The notes below the pieces were generated by a model, which was not told the origin of the DNA, ran no database searches, and saw only the letters and a list, made by a program, of their open reading frames with translations. Source: an uncultured Clostridia bacterium (lineage in GTDB: Bacteria; Bacillota; Clostridia; Christensenellales; Borkfalkiaceae). Taken from it: a DNA stretch of 47,452 nucleotides. The stretch's first letter is position 1, and each line of letters begins with the position of its first letter. Where the stretch lies: assembly GCA_904501795.1 (NCBI GenBank), contig CAJGCK010000001.1, forward strand, positions 1 to 47,452, in the 5' to 3' direction. Both the position numbers and the translations under genes were made by a program. Shown here piece by piece: positions 36,049 to 45,933 of the stretch.

Positions 36049-36849
36049 CTAATTAAGTTTTTTCATAAGTTTATCAAAAAAGTTCCAAGAATTTCTTCTT
36101 AAAAACACAACTGAATCTTTTGATTTACTTATAATAATTTTTTCGTTTTCAGAAACTAAAGAAATGAACCTACCATCGATAAAAACACCGGGCAAACAAT
36201 TTTTCTTAATATCAACTTCACAAACAGAATCAGCCGAATAAATGATTGGTCTATGATGAAGCGAATGCGCGCATATAGGCGTAATAGAAAACGCGTTTAT
36301 TCCTGGCGCTAATATTGCGCCATTAGATGAAAGCGAATATGCGGTTGAGCCCGTAGGAGTACACACAATAACACCGTCACCAACTATTTTATCAACGTAA
36401 CTTTCGTTAATTTTAACGTCTAAATTAATAATATGTGCTGATAAATTTTGCGCATATACACGCTGAATAACAATTTCATTTAAAGCTATATATGATTTAT
36501 CGTTAAAAGTAACGTCTAGCGCAGTTCTTAAATCAGTAACGAGAGCACTTTGCGAAAACAATGATATCGCGGTTTCAATTTCAGTACATTCGAACTCTGT
36601 TAAAAAGCCAACCTTTCCAGCGTTAATGCCAATAATAGGTATATTATTTAAACAAGAAAAAGAGCATAAATCTAATATAGTTCCGTCACCACCTATAACG
36701 AATAGCGCGGAAGCCGAAGTCCTTTTTTCAAGGTCGTCATCAAAAAGCTCGCTAAATTCTATGCCGTATTTTTCAAAAGATTTTATTAATATAGTTGAAT
36801 ATTTTTTTTCAACGTCTTTATCTTTATTTCTATAATACAAAACCTTCAT
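36049..36849 (-). CDS. nadK: NAD kinase
   Basis: 266 aa with GGDGT, NxGxxGFL and TPTGSTAYSLS motifs. Confidence 0.9.
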   Translation of the reverse strand: MKVLYYRNKDKDVEKKYSTILIKSFEKYGIEFSELFDDDLEKRTSASALFVIGGDGTILDLCSFSCLNNIPIIGINAGKVGFLTEFECTEIETAISLFSQSALVTDLRTALDVTFNDKSYIALNEIVIQRVYAQNLSAHIINLDVKINESYVDKIVGDGVIVCTPTGSTAYSLSSNGAILAPGINAFSITPICAHSLHHRPIIYSADSVCEVDIKKNCLPGVFIDGRFISLVSENEKIIISKSKDSVVFLRRNSWNFFDKLMKKLN

Positions 36850-36930
36850 ATTATCACCTAATTAAAGAATAACACTTTTTTAATAAAAACACAATAAAAA
36901 TGAATAATTTTTTGAATACTTTTTAAATAT

Positions 36931-37689
36931 TCAATAATCGTAGTTCAAATAGTCGAAAATTTCGCCATCACCTTTTTTTAGTAAAAGCAAGTATTCTACG
37001 TTTTTATCAGCGTAAATCGGGGCTTTTGTTAATTTAAGTGGTGTAAAATTATATTTTATTGCATTTTCAATTATTTTAATACATGCATTTTTTCTTGTAT
37101 TTGAATTTCTAATAATTCCATTTTTAAAATTTGTTCTTTTATCAGTCTCAAACTGTGGTTTAATCAATAAAATAACGTAGCCAGTTTGTTTTAACACGTT
37201 AAAAAAAATCGGAAAAAAAGACGTTGAAGATATAAAACTTAAATCGCACACTATCAAATCTATCTCGCTTCTAAAACTTTCTTTGGTTATTAATTTAGCA
37301 TTTGTTATAATAGGAACAACTTTTTCATTCGTTTTTAATGAATAATGAAGCAAATCGTCATTCAAATCAATTGCATATACAAGTTTAGCACCTCTTTGCA
37401 ACAAACAATCTGTAAAACCACCCGTGCTAGCACCAAAATCAGCACATATAAAATTTTTAACATCAAAGTTAAAATCTTCTAAGGCTTTTTTCATTTTATA
37501 TCCACCTTGTGAAACGAATTTGTCTAAAAACTTATATTCAATTTTAACTTCATTTTCTTCATCAATTTTATAAGAAGGTTTAGTAACTTTAACGCCGTTA
37601 ACGTAAATCTCCCCCCTTAAAATCGCATTAAGGGCTTTATTCCTTGATTCAAATACCTTTTTATTAAGCAAATAAACGTCTAATCTCAT
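36931..37689 (-). CDS. tlyA: TlyA-family rRNA 2'-O-methyltransferase (S4 plus FtsJ domains)
   Basis: MRLDVYLL... S4-like N-terminus and the SAM motif DFGASTGGFTD. I prefer ATG 37689 to the ORF-track GTG 37707, which sits in a hairpin after ispA. Confidence 0.85.
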   Translation of the reverse strand: MRLDVYLLNKKVFESRNKALNAILRGEIYVNGVKVTKPSYKIDEENEVKIEYKFLDKFVSQGGYKMKKALEDFNFDVKNFICADFGASTGGFTDCLLQRGAKLVYAIDLNDDLLHYSLKTNEKVVPIITNAKLITKESFRSEIDLIVCDLSFISSTSFFPIFFNVLKQTGYVILLIKPQFETDKRTNFKNGIIRNSNTRKNACIKIIENAIKYNFTPLKLTKAPIYADKNVEYLLLLKKGDGEIFDYLNYDY

Positions 37690-37719
37690 AATTAAAAATA
37701 AAAACACGTTAAAGTGTTT

Positions 37720-38592
37720 TTATTTGTTCCTTTTATATATTTTTTTTGTAAATTCAATTAAAAAATCACTATTTGGTATCGTCTTTAATAAATCAATACA
37801 TTTAAAATAACATTCATCTAATAAAGATAACGCCTTATCCACCCCATAAACTTTAATTGCCGTTAATTTATCCGCCTTTTCATCTTTATTAGGGGTTTTT
37901 CCTATGATACTAAAATCACCTTTATAATCTAAAAAATCATCAGTAATTTGAAACATAAACCCTAAAAGAAAACCATACTCTTTTAACTTATCAAAATAAA
38001 CGCGATTTGCAAGAGAAGACGCCATCAACAACGGTGCAGTCAACAATTTAGAAGTTTTATTTATATAAATGTTTTCTAAATCTTCTTTAGTTGGGTTACT
38101 ATTCTTTTCATTTTTCAAGTCCAAAACTTGACCGAGAATCATGCCCTTCGCTCCAGCATAGTCAAACAATAGTTTAACGGCATTAATATAATTTTCATTA
38201 CATTCCCCACTCAAAGCAACTTCTATAGCGAGATTTAATAGAGCATCTCCACAAAGGACACCAAGTTCTTCGCCAAATTTTTTGTGAGTAGACAACTTGC
38301 CACGCCTATAATCATCGTTATCCATGCAAGGCAAATCATCATGAACTAAAGAATAGGCGTGTATAAACTCGTTTGCCAGACATAAAGGCACAACCTTTTC
38401 TAAGGGAATTCCTAACGTTTCGGCAGTTGCCAAACAAAGCGTCGGTCTAACCCTCTTTCCACCGTCAATAACTGAATATTTTATCATTTCGGCGAGTTCG
38501 GGTAAACAATTTTTCGAATATGAATTCAAAAATTCTTCTAATTTATCATTAAAATAAGAAATATAAAAATTTAATTTTTTATCAAATTCCAT
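37720..38592 (-). CDS. ispA: Farnesyl/geranyl diphosphate synthase
   Basis: 290 aa with the first Asp-rich motif DDLPCMDNDDYRRG and the second DDFLD. Confidence 0.9.
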   Translation of the reverse strand: MEFDKKLNFYISYFNDKLEEFLNSYSKNCLPELAEMIKYSVIDGGKRVRPTLCLATAETLGIPLEKVVPLCLANEFIHAYSLVHDDLPCMDNDDYRRGKLSTHKKFGEELGVLCGDALLNLAIEVALSGECNENYINAVKLLFDYAGAKGMILGQVLDLKNEKNSNPTKEDLENIYINKTSKLLTAPLLMASSLANRVYFDKLKEYGFLLGFMFQITDDFLDYKGDFSIIGKTPNKDEKADKLTAIKVYGVDKALSLLDECYFKCIDLLKTIPNSDFLIEFTKKIYKRNK

Positions 38593-39439
38593 TATCTTCC
38601 CTTCTTAAAGCTGACAAATAAGTATTTTCAAGCAACATAGCAATCGTCATTGGTCCTACCCCACCCGGTACAGGCGTTATAAAAGATGCTTTTTTTGAAA
38701 CGTATTCATAATCAACGTCGCCAACAAGACCTGCTTCGGTTCTATTTATACCAACGTCGATAACAACTGCGCCATCTTTAACCATATCTTCAGTAATGAA
38801 TTTTGGTCTACCGATTGCCGCAACCAAAACGTCGGCTGAAGAGCAAACTTCTTTAAGGTTTTTTGTTTTGCTATGACAAATTGTTACTGTGCAATTTTTT
38901 TGAAGCAAAAGCATTGCCATAGGTTTTCCAACAATATTACTTCTACCAACGACAACAGCACTCTTACCTTCAAGGTCAATACCTTCGTACTCTAACATTT
39001 TGATTACCCCAAATGGAGTACAAGCAATAGTAGATTCTTGTCCTAATAAAAGTTTACCGACGTTTTCAGGCAAAAATCCATCAACGTCTTTTTCAGGCGC
39101 AATATGTTTTAAGATATTGTTTTCAGATAAATGTTTAGGAAGTGGTAATTGAACTAAAATTCCATCAACCGAATTGTCGGAAGAAAGTGTTTTAACAAGC
39201 TCAATAACCTGTTCTTCAGTTGAATTCTCAGGCAAATAATACGCCAAAGACTTCATCCCAACGTATTCAGTTGATAAAATCTTGTTTTTAACGTAAACCT
39301 TTGAAGCTGGGTTTTCGCCAACCAAAATAACCGCTAAGCTTATTTTTCTGCCAAATTTTGTTTCAAAAGAAGCTACTTTTTCTTTTAGTTGTTCTTTTAT
39401 TGATTGAGAAATTTCTTTACCACTTATAATTTTTGCCAT
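38582..39439 (-). CDS. folD: Bifunctional methylenetetrahydrofolate dehydrogenase/cyclohydrolase
   Basis: 285 aa with the typical MAKIISGKEIS start, VQLPLP, GRSNIVGKP and PGGVGPMT motifs. Confidence 0.95.
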   Translation of the reverse strand: MAKIISGKEISQSIKEQLKEKVASFETKFGRKISLAVILVGENPASKVYVKNKILSTEYVGMKSLAYYLPENSTEEQVIELVKTLSSDNSVDGILVQLPLPKHLSENNILKHIAPEKDVDGFLPENVGKLLLGQESTIACTPFGVIKMLEYEGIDLEGKSAVVVGRSNIVGKPMAMLLLQKNCTVTICHSKTKNLKEVCSSADVLVAAIGRPKFITEDMVKDGAVVIDVGINRTEAGLVGDVDYEYVSKKASFITPVPGGVGPMTIAMLLENTYLSALRREDNGI

Positions 39440-39441
39440 AA

Positions 39442-39843
39442 CTAATTTCTCCCTATATTTTTACAGTATTTAGCAAGAATTCCATTGACAAAATCCGTGC
39501 TTTTTTCAGACGAATATTTAGAAACGAGTTTTAATGCTTCGTCTACAATAACAGGTACTGGAGTATTAGGATAATTTTCTAACTCTGCAATACCTATCAT
39601 AAGAGCACATTTATCAGATGAAAATATTCTATTTAAGTCGTAGCCTATTGATAAATCTTTTATTACATCTAAATATTTATTAGAGTTATTATTGATATAA
39701 GACAAAAGTTCGTTTGCAAATGAAAAATCAGCTTCGTTTAGCTTTGCATCTTTTGACATAACAATAAAAAGCTCCTCATCGCCTGGATTGAAGAGCTGTG
39801 AAAAAATATACTTAAAAACAACTTCTCTTGCTAAACTTCTCAT
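39442..39843 (-). CDS. nusB: Transcription antitermination factor NusB
   Basis: MRSLAREVVFKYIF... is the typical NusB N-terminus. The start is set at ATG 39843, just after the asp23 stop (39845). The ORF-track extension to 39900 overlaps asp23. Confidence 0.9.
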   Translation of the reverse strand: MRSLAREVVFKYIFSQLFNPGDEELFIVMSKDAKLNEADFSFANELLSYINNNSNKYLDVIKDLSIGYDLNRIFSSDKCALMIGIAELENYPNTPVPVIVDEALKLVSKYSSEKSTDFVNGILAKYCKNIGRN

Positions 39844-39844
39844 T

Positions 39845-40225
39845 TTAATTTTCCTGTGTGGTCGGGCGTGCGGACACAATTTTTTCATCAAGTAACCCAT
39901 CTACGTTTACGTTTACGCTAAGAACGTGATAATCCGTCATAGATTCGATATTGTGTCTTATCGATTCTTGTATTTTAAACGCCATATCGGGAACACGGTT
40001 TTGAATACCCATTTTAACCGAAACGTTTACGTGAACACCTTTCTTATCAAAAACTACGTCTATAAGTTTCTTTTTCGAATTTTTATCAACACCAATACCT
40101 ATCGAACAAAGTTCAACTTCATCTATTTCAGTAACGGTTAACTCAACGATATTTTCAATAATACCACTGCTATAAACGATTTTGCCAACTTTTTCTTTAG
40201 GTATTAATTTTTTGAAACGCGCCAT
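39845..40225 (-). CDS. Asp23/Gls24 family envelope stress (alkaline shock) protein
   Basis: 126 aa. Family-typical small acidic protein upstream of nusB, the position of B. subtilis yqhY. GGTGAG RBS. Confidence 0.85.
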   Translation of the reverse strand: MARFKKLIPKEKVGKIVYSSGIIENIVELTVTEIDEVELCSIGIGVDKNSKKKLIDVVFDKKGVHVNVSVKMGIQNRVPDMAFKIQESIRHNIESMTDYHVLSVNVNVDGLLDEKIVSARPTTQEN

Positions 40226-40265
40226 AAACTCACCTTTTTTACAAAAAAGAATTTTTTACGCTTCT

Positions 40266-40294
40266 ATTTTAACACAAATTATTTAATTTGCATA
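40266..40294 (-). promoter_or_regulatory. Possible extended -10 promoter for asp23-nusB-folD
   Basis: On the minus strand: TGTTAAAAT (40274-40266) with a weak -35. Confidence 0.4.
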
Positions 40295-40301
40295 GTGTTT
40301 T

Positions 40302-40781
40302 TTAAGAAATAGGAATAATTTTTACGTTTTCAGGCGACCCTAAATTCTCTTCTTGTATTATCGTGTATATTTTTATAGCGTCGTCAGGTGTTAGTTCGGG
40401 TGTCTTAGCTATTACGTTTACGTTTTGCGAATCTATACCTATAACAACTACAACGTCTTCAAATCCGTAAGCTTTAATTAAATTTTCTAGCAACATTTCC
40501 CTTTCAGTAATTAGTGTTAGTTGTTGTTTTAATGCTATTGCATCGCTAACATCCACGTTAGAAGAATTTGCCGAAGCAATTATCGCATCTAATTGAAGCA
40601 ACTCTTCGTTCCTAGTATTATAGCGTTCTGCTCTATATTGAGTAAAATAATTTGCTGAACTAGAAACAAATGTGTCTTCTGTGCCTTTCGGCTCGCCGGT
40701 AATAACAAAATTAAATATTGCTGTTACGGCTAATAAAGCGATCATGCATGATAAAATAATAATCTTTTTCTTTTTTGACAT
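40302..40781 (-). CDS. spoIIIAH: Stage III sporulation protein AH
   Basis: 159 aa with an N-terminal TM and a YscJ/FliF-like C-terminal domain. It is the last gene of the eight-gene spoIIIA cluster. Confidence 0.8.
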   Translation of the reverse strand: MSKKKKIIILSCMIALLAVTAIFNFVITGEPKGTEDTFVSSSANYFTQYRAERYNTRNEELLQLDAIIASANSSNVDVSDAIALKQQLTLITEREMLLENLIKAYGFEDVVVVIGIDSQNVNVIAKTPELTPDDAIKIYTIIQEENLGSPENVKIIPIS

Positions 40782-40792
40782 AATGTTCTCCT

Positions 40793-41278
40793 TTAATTCA
40801 TTGTTAATACTTCAATTTGGTTTACGTTTATATCAAGTAGTGATACCGTAGCTTGCTGAATTTTTGATAATACCGCTATATTTTTCGCACCTTCAGCAAC
40901 AATAAGTACCCCTATAATTTTTGGAAATTTTTCTTTTAGAACCACAACGTTACCGTTAACTAATATTGGCGTTTCAGTAGTTTCCGTTCCCGACCCGTTT
41001 GTTATAGTAACTTTTTTCATAGCAACAACCGTTTCCATACCGGACTCTACCGTAATTGCCACCGAAACTTTTCCCGCACCTTCTACGTTTGATAATACAC
41101 TAGATAATTTTGATTCTAGCTCGGAAACGTAATCCGTCGTTTCTAAATTTTTGTTAGGTTTTACACTAACCATAAATATAGTGATAATAATTAAAACAAT
41201 TATTAATATCGTTAGTATAACTCTAATAAATTTATTGTTTTTTATTACTTGAATTATTTTTTCAAACATTTTATACAA
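40793..41278 (-). CDS. spoIIIAG: Stage III sporulation protein AG
   Basis: 161 aa with an N-terminal TM and the GAGKVSVAITVESG segment typical of SpoIIIAG. Operon position supports the call. Confidence 0.8.
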   Translation of the reverse strand: MYKMFEKIIQVIKNNKFIRVILTILIIVLIIITIFMVSVKPNKNLETTDYVSELESKLSSVLSNVEGAGKVSVAITVESGMETVVAMKKVTITNGSGTETTETPILVNGNVVVLKEKFPKIIGVLIVAEGAKNIAVLSKIQQATVSLLDINVNQIEVLTMN

Positions 41279-41741
41279 CTTTTATTAATTCTTTATCAAT
41301 TTGAACACACTCGAGAACTTTTTCTTTAACGTCTTCGATAATATCTATATGCTCTTCGTTTGAATTTATAACCGAATTATTCAAGTCTACAACTACTTTT
41401 TTTATAACATAGTTATAAAATTTGTCGATTTCATACTCAATGGTTACACTTTCAAAACAATCATATCCTTCTAATACTTTTTCAACATTCTCTTTTATAT
41501 ATTCGGTTTTTTTATCAAAAATAAATTCTATATAATTTTTTTGAAAGGGAATTTCAACTGTCGCGTTTTCAAAACTAAAATTTGAAAAATCAATCTTTAA
41601 AACTGGTGACACAATAGCAATAGATATTATTATTGAAAACAATCCCTTTAAAAAGCCGTTTAGTTTACCTTCGGGAATAATGTAGCCTGAAAGCACCGAA
41701 ATCATAACTAAGGAAAAAACACTTATCACCCATTCTCTCAT
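41271..41741 (-). CDS. spoIIIAF: Stage III sporulation protein AF
   Basis: MREWVISVFSLVM... N-terminus. The start is set at ATG 41741, directly after the spoIIIAE stop (41744). The ORF-track extension overlaps spoIIIAE. Confidence 0.75.
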   Translation of the reverse strand: MREWVISVFSLVMISVLSGYIIPEGKLNGFLKGLFSIIISIAIVSPVLKIDFSNFSFENATVEIPFQKNYIEFIFDKKTEYIKENVEKVLEGYDCFESVTIEYEIDKFYNYVIKKVVVDLNNSVINSNEEHIDIIEDVKEKVLECVQIDKELIKVV

Positions 41742-41743
41742 AT

Positions 41744-42895
41744 CTAAATAATATAATTTGCCGAAAAAATTATTAGTAATACAACTATAAAAAACAAAAA
41801 AAACACAAATAAAACACAAACTAAAAAATAAGTTACTGATTTTGATGCTTCGGCACACACGTTACAAAGCTTTTGGTTAGCAAAAGGCTCTATTAAGGCC
41901 GATAAAAACTTTAATAACAATGAAAACACAATTATTTCTATTAATGGCGACAATAAAAGCGAAAATATATATATTAACGAAGAAGCGCCTATTGCGTTTT
42001 TAATCAAAACGCTTCCTGCAACCACAACGTCAAAGCCATCTTTTAAAAAGCCACCAATTAATGGAATAGAATTAGATATAGCATATTTAACTGCTTTTAT
42101 AGAAATTCCGTCAAACGTTGCACTTGCTATACCCTGTACTGTAACGAACAAACCGAAGACAGTTATTGTAAGACCGATTATCCACTTAATTAAACTGTTA
42201 AAAAAGTTTGAAAATCTTTTTATCCTTACTGAGTCTGAAAACTCATTCATTACAGAAAAAATACAACTAAGCAAAACCAACGGCATTACAACATTAACTA
42301 TTATTTGAGTAATTAGCCCTGACAATATAAAGACGCTAGGCTTAAACACCCCTACCGAAACGTTCCCACCAGACGCAATCATTAAGCTTAATAAAATTGG
42401 CGAAACTATTTGATTAAAAGTACTTATTGAATTGATTAAATATAAGGTTTTATCATACAAATCATAAATTTGTGTTGAAAATAATAATAAAACCCCTATT
42501 ATCCCTACAAAAAATATAACGGAAGATATTTCATTTGAAAAGAAACTACCCTTAAAACTTTCAACAAGACCACAAAAAATTGCAATTGCAAAAATTGAAA
42601 TTAAAATAGGTAAAGAATTTTTTGAAGAATTAATAAATAAGTTAAGTATATATTGAAAAACACTATTAAAATCTAGCGAAAATTCGCCCTTTATCATTTT
42701 TTCAAGGTTAATTATAAGCCCGTCGCCAAAATTATTCGAATTATTTTCAATAAACTCTTTTAACTCGGATAAATCAATTTTTCCTAACTGTTCAGTAATA
42801 TTATCCGTTAATGCATCGGCATGAACGATATTTATAGGAGAAATAAAATTAAAAATTATAAAAAATAAAGGAATTAATATAATAAATTTTTTCAA
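41744..42895 (-). CDS. spoIIIAE: Stage III sporulation protein AE
   Basis: 383 aa with a signal peptide plus a polytopic membrane domain. It is the largest membrane component of the cluster. Confidence 0.85.
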   Translation of the reverse strand: MKKFIILIPLFFIIFNFISPINIVHADALTDNITEQLGKIDLSELKEFIENNSNNFGDGLIINLEKMIKGEFSLDFNSVFQYILNLFINSSKNSLPILISIFAIAIFCGLVESFKGSFFSNEISSVIFFVGIIGVLLLFSTQIYDLYDKTLYLINSISTFNQIVSPILLSLMIASGGNVSVGVFKPSVFILSGLITQIIVNVVMPLVLLSCIFSVMNEFSDSVRIKRFSNFFNSLIKWIIGLTITVFGLFVTVQGIASATFDGISIKAVKYAISNSIPLIGGFLKDGFDVVVAGSVLIKNAIGASSLIYIFSLLLSPLIEIIVFSLLLKFLSALIEPFANQKLCNVCAEASKSVTYFLVCVLFVFFLFFIVVLLIIFSANYII

Positions 42896-42899
42896 TTAA

Positions 42900-43271
42900 T
42901 TAAGCACCTATCAACTCTAACAAAGAATAAAATATTGGTATCGAAATAGATAATATAATTATTTTTCCTGCAAAAACAACCTTACTGGCCAAACTTTTAA
43001 TTCCAAAATCTTCTATAATGTTGGCACCGAATTCAAACACAAAACCTATTGAAGTAGCCTTAAAAACCGTTTTAACAATAGCATTGTCTAAATTTGTCAA
43101 TCCAATAAGTTTATTTATAAACCCATAAACGTTATTGAAATGATCAAGAAGCATAAAAATCACAATTATGCATGACATAATTATACACAAATTCGATAGT
43201 TCTTTATTGATTATTTTTAAGTATATAATCAATATTGCACACACTATAGAAACAAGTACTATTTTAAACAT
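42900..43271 (-). CDS. spoIIIAD: Stage III sporulation protein AD
   Basis: 123-aa 4-TM protein. Called from operon position. Confidence 0.8.
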   Translation of the reverse strand: MFKIVLVSIVCAILIIYLKIINKELSNLCIIMSCIIVIFMLLDHFNNVYGFINKLIGLTNLDNAIVKTVFKATSIGFVFEFGANIIEDFGIKSLASKVVFAGKIIILSISIPIFYSLLELIGA

Positions 43272-43272
43272 T

Positions 43273-43473
43273 TTAATATATTAAGAAAATGTTTTTTATT
43301 GTGTTAAACAGGTCGCCTATCATATTTATAACAAAAGTTAACACTATAATTAGACCTACAATTGATACTATAGTCGCCATATCGTCTCTATCGCTTTTTT
43401 TTAGAATTTGAGTTATTACAGCAACAATCAACCCTATTCCCGCAATTTTAAAAATTATGCTTATATCCATCAC
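43273..43473 (-). CDS. spoIIIAC: Stage III sporulation protein AC
   Basis: 66-aa 2-TM protein. IFKIAGIGLIVAV resembles the B. subtilis SpoIIIAC segment IFQIAGVGIVVAF. Confidence 0.8.
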   Translation of the reverse strand: MMDISIIFKIAGIGLIVAVITQILKKSDRDDMATIVSIVGLIIVLTFVINMIGDLFNTIKNIFLIY

Positions 43474-43479
43474 GTGCTC

Positions 43480-43947
43480 CTATAATAAAAGAATAAGTAT
43501 TGCTAGTCCACATAGAAAACCAAGTTTTATATATAATATCTTATAACGTTTTTCATCTATGATTGATTTTTCCTTTTTATCTTTTAACTCGCCGTCTATA
43601 CTTTCTAAAATCTTTAATTGAGTATAAAAATCGCTATTACCTAGTCCATCTAAATAATTGTACAACGAATTTTTTTCATCAATGGTTAAATAATTTTCTT
43701 TTATAATTACTTCCTTTTCGTCTATAATCTTTGCGTAAATAACTTTGCTAAATCCATCTTGTTTGCCCTCTAATTCTTTTACCATTGAAATTAGAGTTCG
43801 TTTTGTAAAATTGACTTCCGATTTAAGTTTTTGATTAAAATTATAAAAATTTACGTAAAAATTTTTTCTGTCGGTATATTTATAAGAGAAAAAGTAGCCT
43901 AAAAACACACAAAAGGCAATACATACCACGCCTAAAAAAACGTTCAT
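43480..43947 (-). CDS. spoIIIAB: Stage III sporulation protein AB
   Basis: 155 aa with N- and C-terminal TM helices flanking a helical cytoplasmic domain. The C-terminal LGFLCGLAILILLL resembles B. subtilis SpoIIIAB. Confidence 0.75.
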   Translation of the reverse strand: MNVFLGVVCIAFCVFLGYFFSYKYTDRKNFYVNFYNFNQKLKSEVNFTKRTLISMVKELEGKQDGFSKVIYAKIIDEKEVIIKENYLTIDEKNSLYNYLDGLGNSDFYTQLKILESIDGELKDKKEKSIIDEKRYKILYIKLGFLCGLAILILLL

Positions 43948-44813
43948 AATTTTTCAAACTCACTATTATATATTTCCTTTAAGATTCCAGGATTTCTTAA
44001 ACTTTCTAAAATAAAATATCTATCAAAAACGTTCTTGTTAAAATATTTTTTGTTTTTAATACTATCTAGACTTTCTCCGTGACAAGAAGCAATTATTTTT
44101 ACACCGCTGTTTTTTGCACTTATAACACATTCCCAGTCTTTTTCACCACTAAGCTCGTCCGTAATTATTACTGTCGGCGCAAGAGATCTTATCGCGTATT
44201 CAAAGGCGTATAATTTATTAGAATAAGTAATCAAATCAACGTTTTCGCCTTTTACAAAAGAAAATTCCCCTCTCTCATCTATAACTAATACTTGGTTGTT
44301 AGCGTATTCGTTCAACTTTCGTATCAAGTCTTTTAATATTGTTGTTTTTCCAAATGCCGGTGGCGATATTATTAATGAATTGTAGACTGAATTTTCCTTA
44401 ATTATCTTTTCAAAAATTTTGTTTGAACAGCCGTAAATCTCTTGTGGAATTCTTACGTTTAATGAGTTTATATTTTTTATAGTTTTAATTGCGCCGTTTT
44501 CAAAAACACATTCTCCAGACAAACCTATTCTTACACCGTTTTTTAACGTCAAAAATCCTTGCTTTATATTTTCGTTATAAGCGTATATAGATTTTTCAGT
44601 TGCATATCCCAATATTTCTTCTATATCGAAACAACTTGCAATAATAGCCTCGTTCCTAAGCAACGTTAACCCATTTTTAGAAAGATATATGTATTCATTT
44701 AAGTATTTTAACTTAACCGGAAAATCAACTCGAATTCTTATTTCGGAAAGCTTGTCAACCTTAATATCGTTTAACGCAAAAATATACTTCTTGGGCAAAA
44801 ATTCAAAATTCAT
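43944..44813 (-). CDS. spoIIIAA: Stage III sporulation protein AA (secretion-type ATPase)
   Basis: 289 aa with Walker A SPPAFGKTT and Walker B VIITDEL. It is the first gene of the cluster. Confidence 0.85.
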   Translation of the reverse strand: MNFEFLPKKYIFALNDIKVDKLSEIRIRVDFPVKLKYLNEYIYLSKNGLTLLRNEAIIASCFDIEEILGYATEKSIYAYNENIKQGFLTLKNGVRIGLSGECVFENGAIKTIKNINSLNVRIPQEIYGCSNKIFEKIIKENSVYNSLIISPPAFGKTTILKDLIRKLNEYANNQVLVIDERGEFSFVKGENVDLITYSNKLYAFEYAIRSLAPTVIITDELSGEKDWECVISAKNSGVKIIASCHGESLDSIKNKKYFNKNVFDRYFILESLRNPGILKEIYNSEFEKL

Positions 44814-44850
44814 TTATTAATTAATATTTAATCTATCAGCGTTTTAGAAC

Positions 44851-44897
44851 AAAAAAAAGGTTGCAAAACAAAAGTTTTGCAACCTAAAATTTTTTTA
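44851..44897 (-). terminator. Intrinsic terminator of lgt
   Basis: A perfect 12-bp stem AGGTTGCAAAAC / GTTTTGCAACCT (44858-44885) with a 4-nt loop, followed by a T-run on the minus strand. Confidence 0.8.
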
Positions 44898-44901
44898 GTA
44901 T

Positions 44902-45717
44902 TTAACTTTTTCTTTTTTCCTTAAATGGGATTTCTAATAATATAAAAACAACTATAATAGCTATACCACCAGCAATAAACAATATAGATTGCCATTGGGA
45001 CGGAGCAAGACCTAATATTGCCGCACCTCTTGGGTCAGTCCTAAATATCTCTATAATTATACGCCAAACACCGTAAGAAATTAAATATACGGCGTGAGTA
45101 AGATTTATTCCCTTAAAATACATTACTGATAAAATAGAGAACAGTAAAAATAAGAAAATCGCTTCGTAAAGCTGAGTTGGAACGTAATATCCCCAAATTC
45201 CAGTATCGCTTGCGCGCATATATACGCCACCAAAAACGTAAGAAGAGCCAAAATACGCCCCGTGACAACAGCCTGAAAACAAACACCCAATCCTACCGAA
45301 AGCATGCGCAATAACGATGCATAACGGCGCAATTAAAGCAAGCGTATGAAAATGTTTTACGTGAAGATTTTTTTCCTTATCCTTAAAATATAGCGCGCCA
45401 ATACCAAAATATACTAAAACAAAAGTAGCGCCACCGCCTATAAAACCACCCATGGCAGTTATTCCTGCCGAATAAAAGTTAAAGACACCAGTCTCAAGCC
45501 AGTTATATACCGCTTGAAACAGTTTTGCCGCCAGAAAGCCAACAGCTATTGCAACAATTCCTACAATAAATATAAAATCTTGCAATTTATCAGGGATACC
45601 ACGTTTTTTTGCGTAAAAAAACAAAACAAAAAAACATGCCAAAATACCAACGGCTATACAAACACCGTAAAGATATATTTGTTGCCCAAAAATCGATAAT
45701 ATAGAATCCGGATGCAT
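44902..45717 (-). CDS. lgt: Prolipoprotein diacylglyceryl transferase
   Basis: 271-aa polytopic membrane protein with GRIGC, VPTQLYEA and FRTDPRG motifs. AGGAGA RBS. Confidence 0.9.
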   Translation of the reverse strand: MHPDSILSIFGQQIYLYGVCIAVGILACFFVLFFYAKKRGIPDKLQDFIFIVGIVAIAVGFLAAKLFQAVYNWLETGVFNFYSAGITAMGGFIGGGATFVLVYFGIGALYFKDKEKNLHVKHFHTLALIAPLCIVIAHAFGRIGCLFSGCCHGAYFGSSYVFGGVYMRASDTGIWGYYVPTQLYEAIFLFLLFSILSVMYFKGINLTHAVYLISYGVWRIIIEIFRTDPRGAAILGLAPSQWQSILFIAGGIAIIVVFILLEIPFKEKRKS

Positions 45718-45796
45718 TATTATCTCCTGCTTTTTTTATTATTATACTACCACGGTGAAAAAAAGTCAATTATAAATAATTTGTGCTATTATTTAT

Positions 45797-45825
45797 TTGC
45801 AAAACAAACTGGTTTTGTGTATAAT
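45797..45825 (+). promoter_or_regulatory. Sigma-A type promoter of tRNA-Ser
   Basis: TTGCAA 45797-45802, a 17-nt spacer, then TATAAT 45820-45825. Confidence 0.6.
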
Positions 45826-45839
45826 ATATAAGAAGTCAT

Positions 45840-45932
<93 letters not shown>

Positions 45933-45933
45933 A

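Noticed and set aside
36850-36930. GAATAC...TATTC palindrome between tlyA and nadK as a possible SOS box for the recN operon
   Set aside because: It does not match GAAC-N4-GTTC. Only the outer 5 nt are complementary, within AT-rich sequence.
39844-39900. N-terminal extensions proposed by longest-ORF logic: nusB to 39900, spoIIIAF to 41858, LRR gene from 46086, carboxypeptidase to 32789, tlyA to 37707, pheS from 2609
   Set aside because: Each extension overlaps the upstream gene, terminator or promoter. Each downstream start reproduces the family-typical N-terminus, usually with an RBS.
45123-45699. 69-aa minus-strand alternate-frame ORF and 61-aa plus-strand ORF inside lgt
   Set aside because: They are nested in the lgt coding region with no independent signals.
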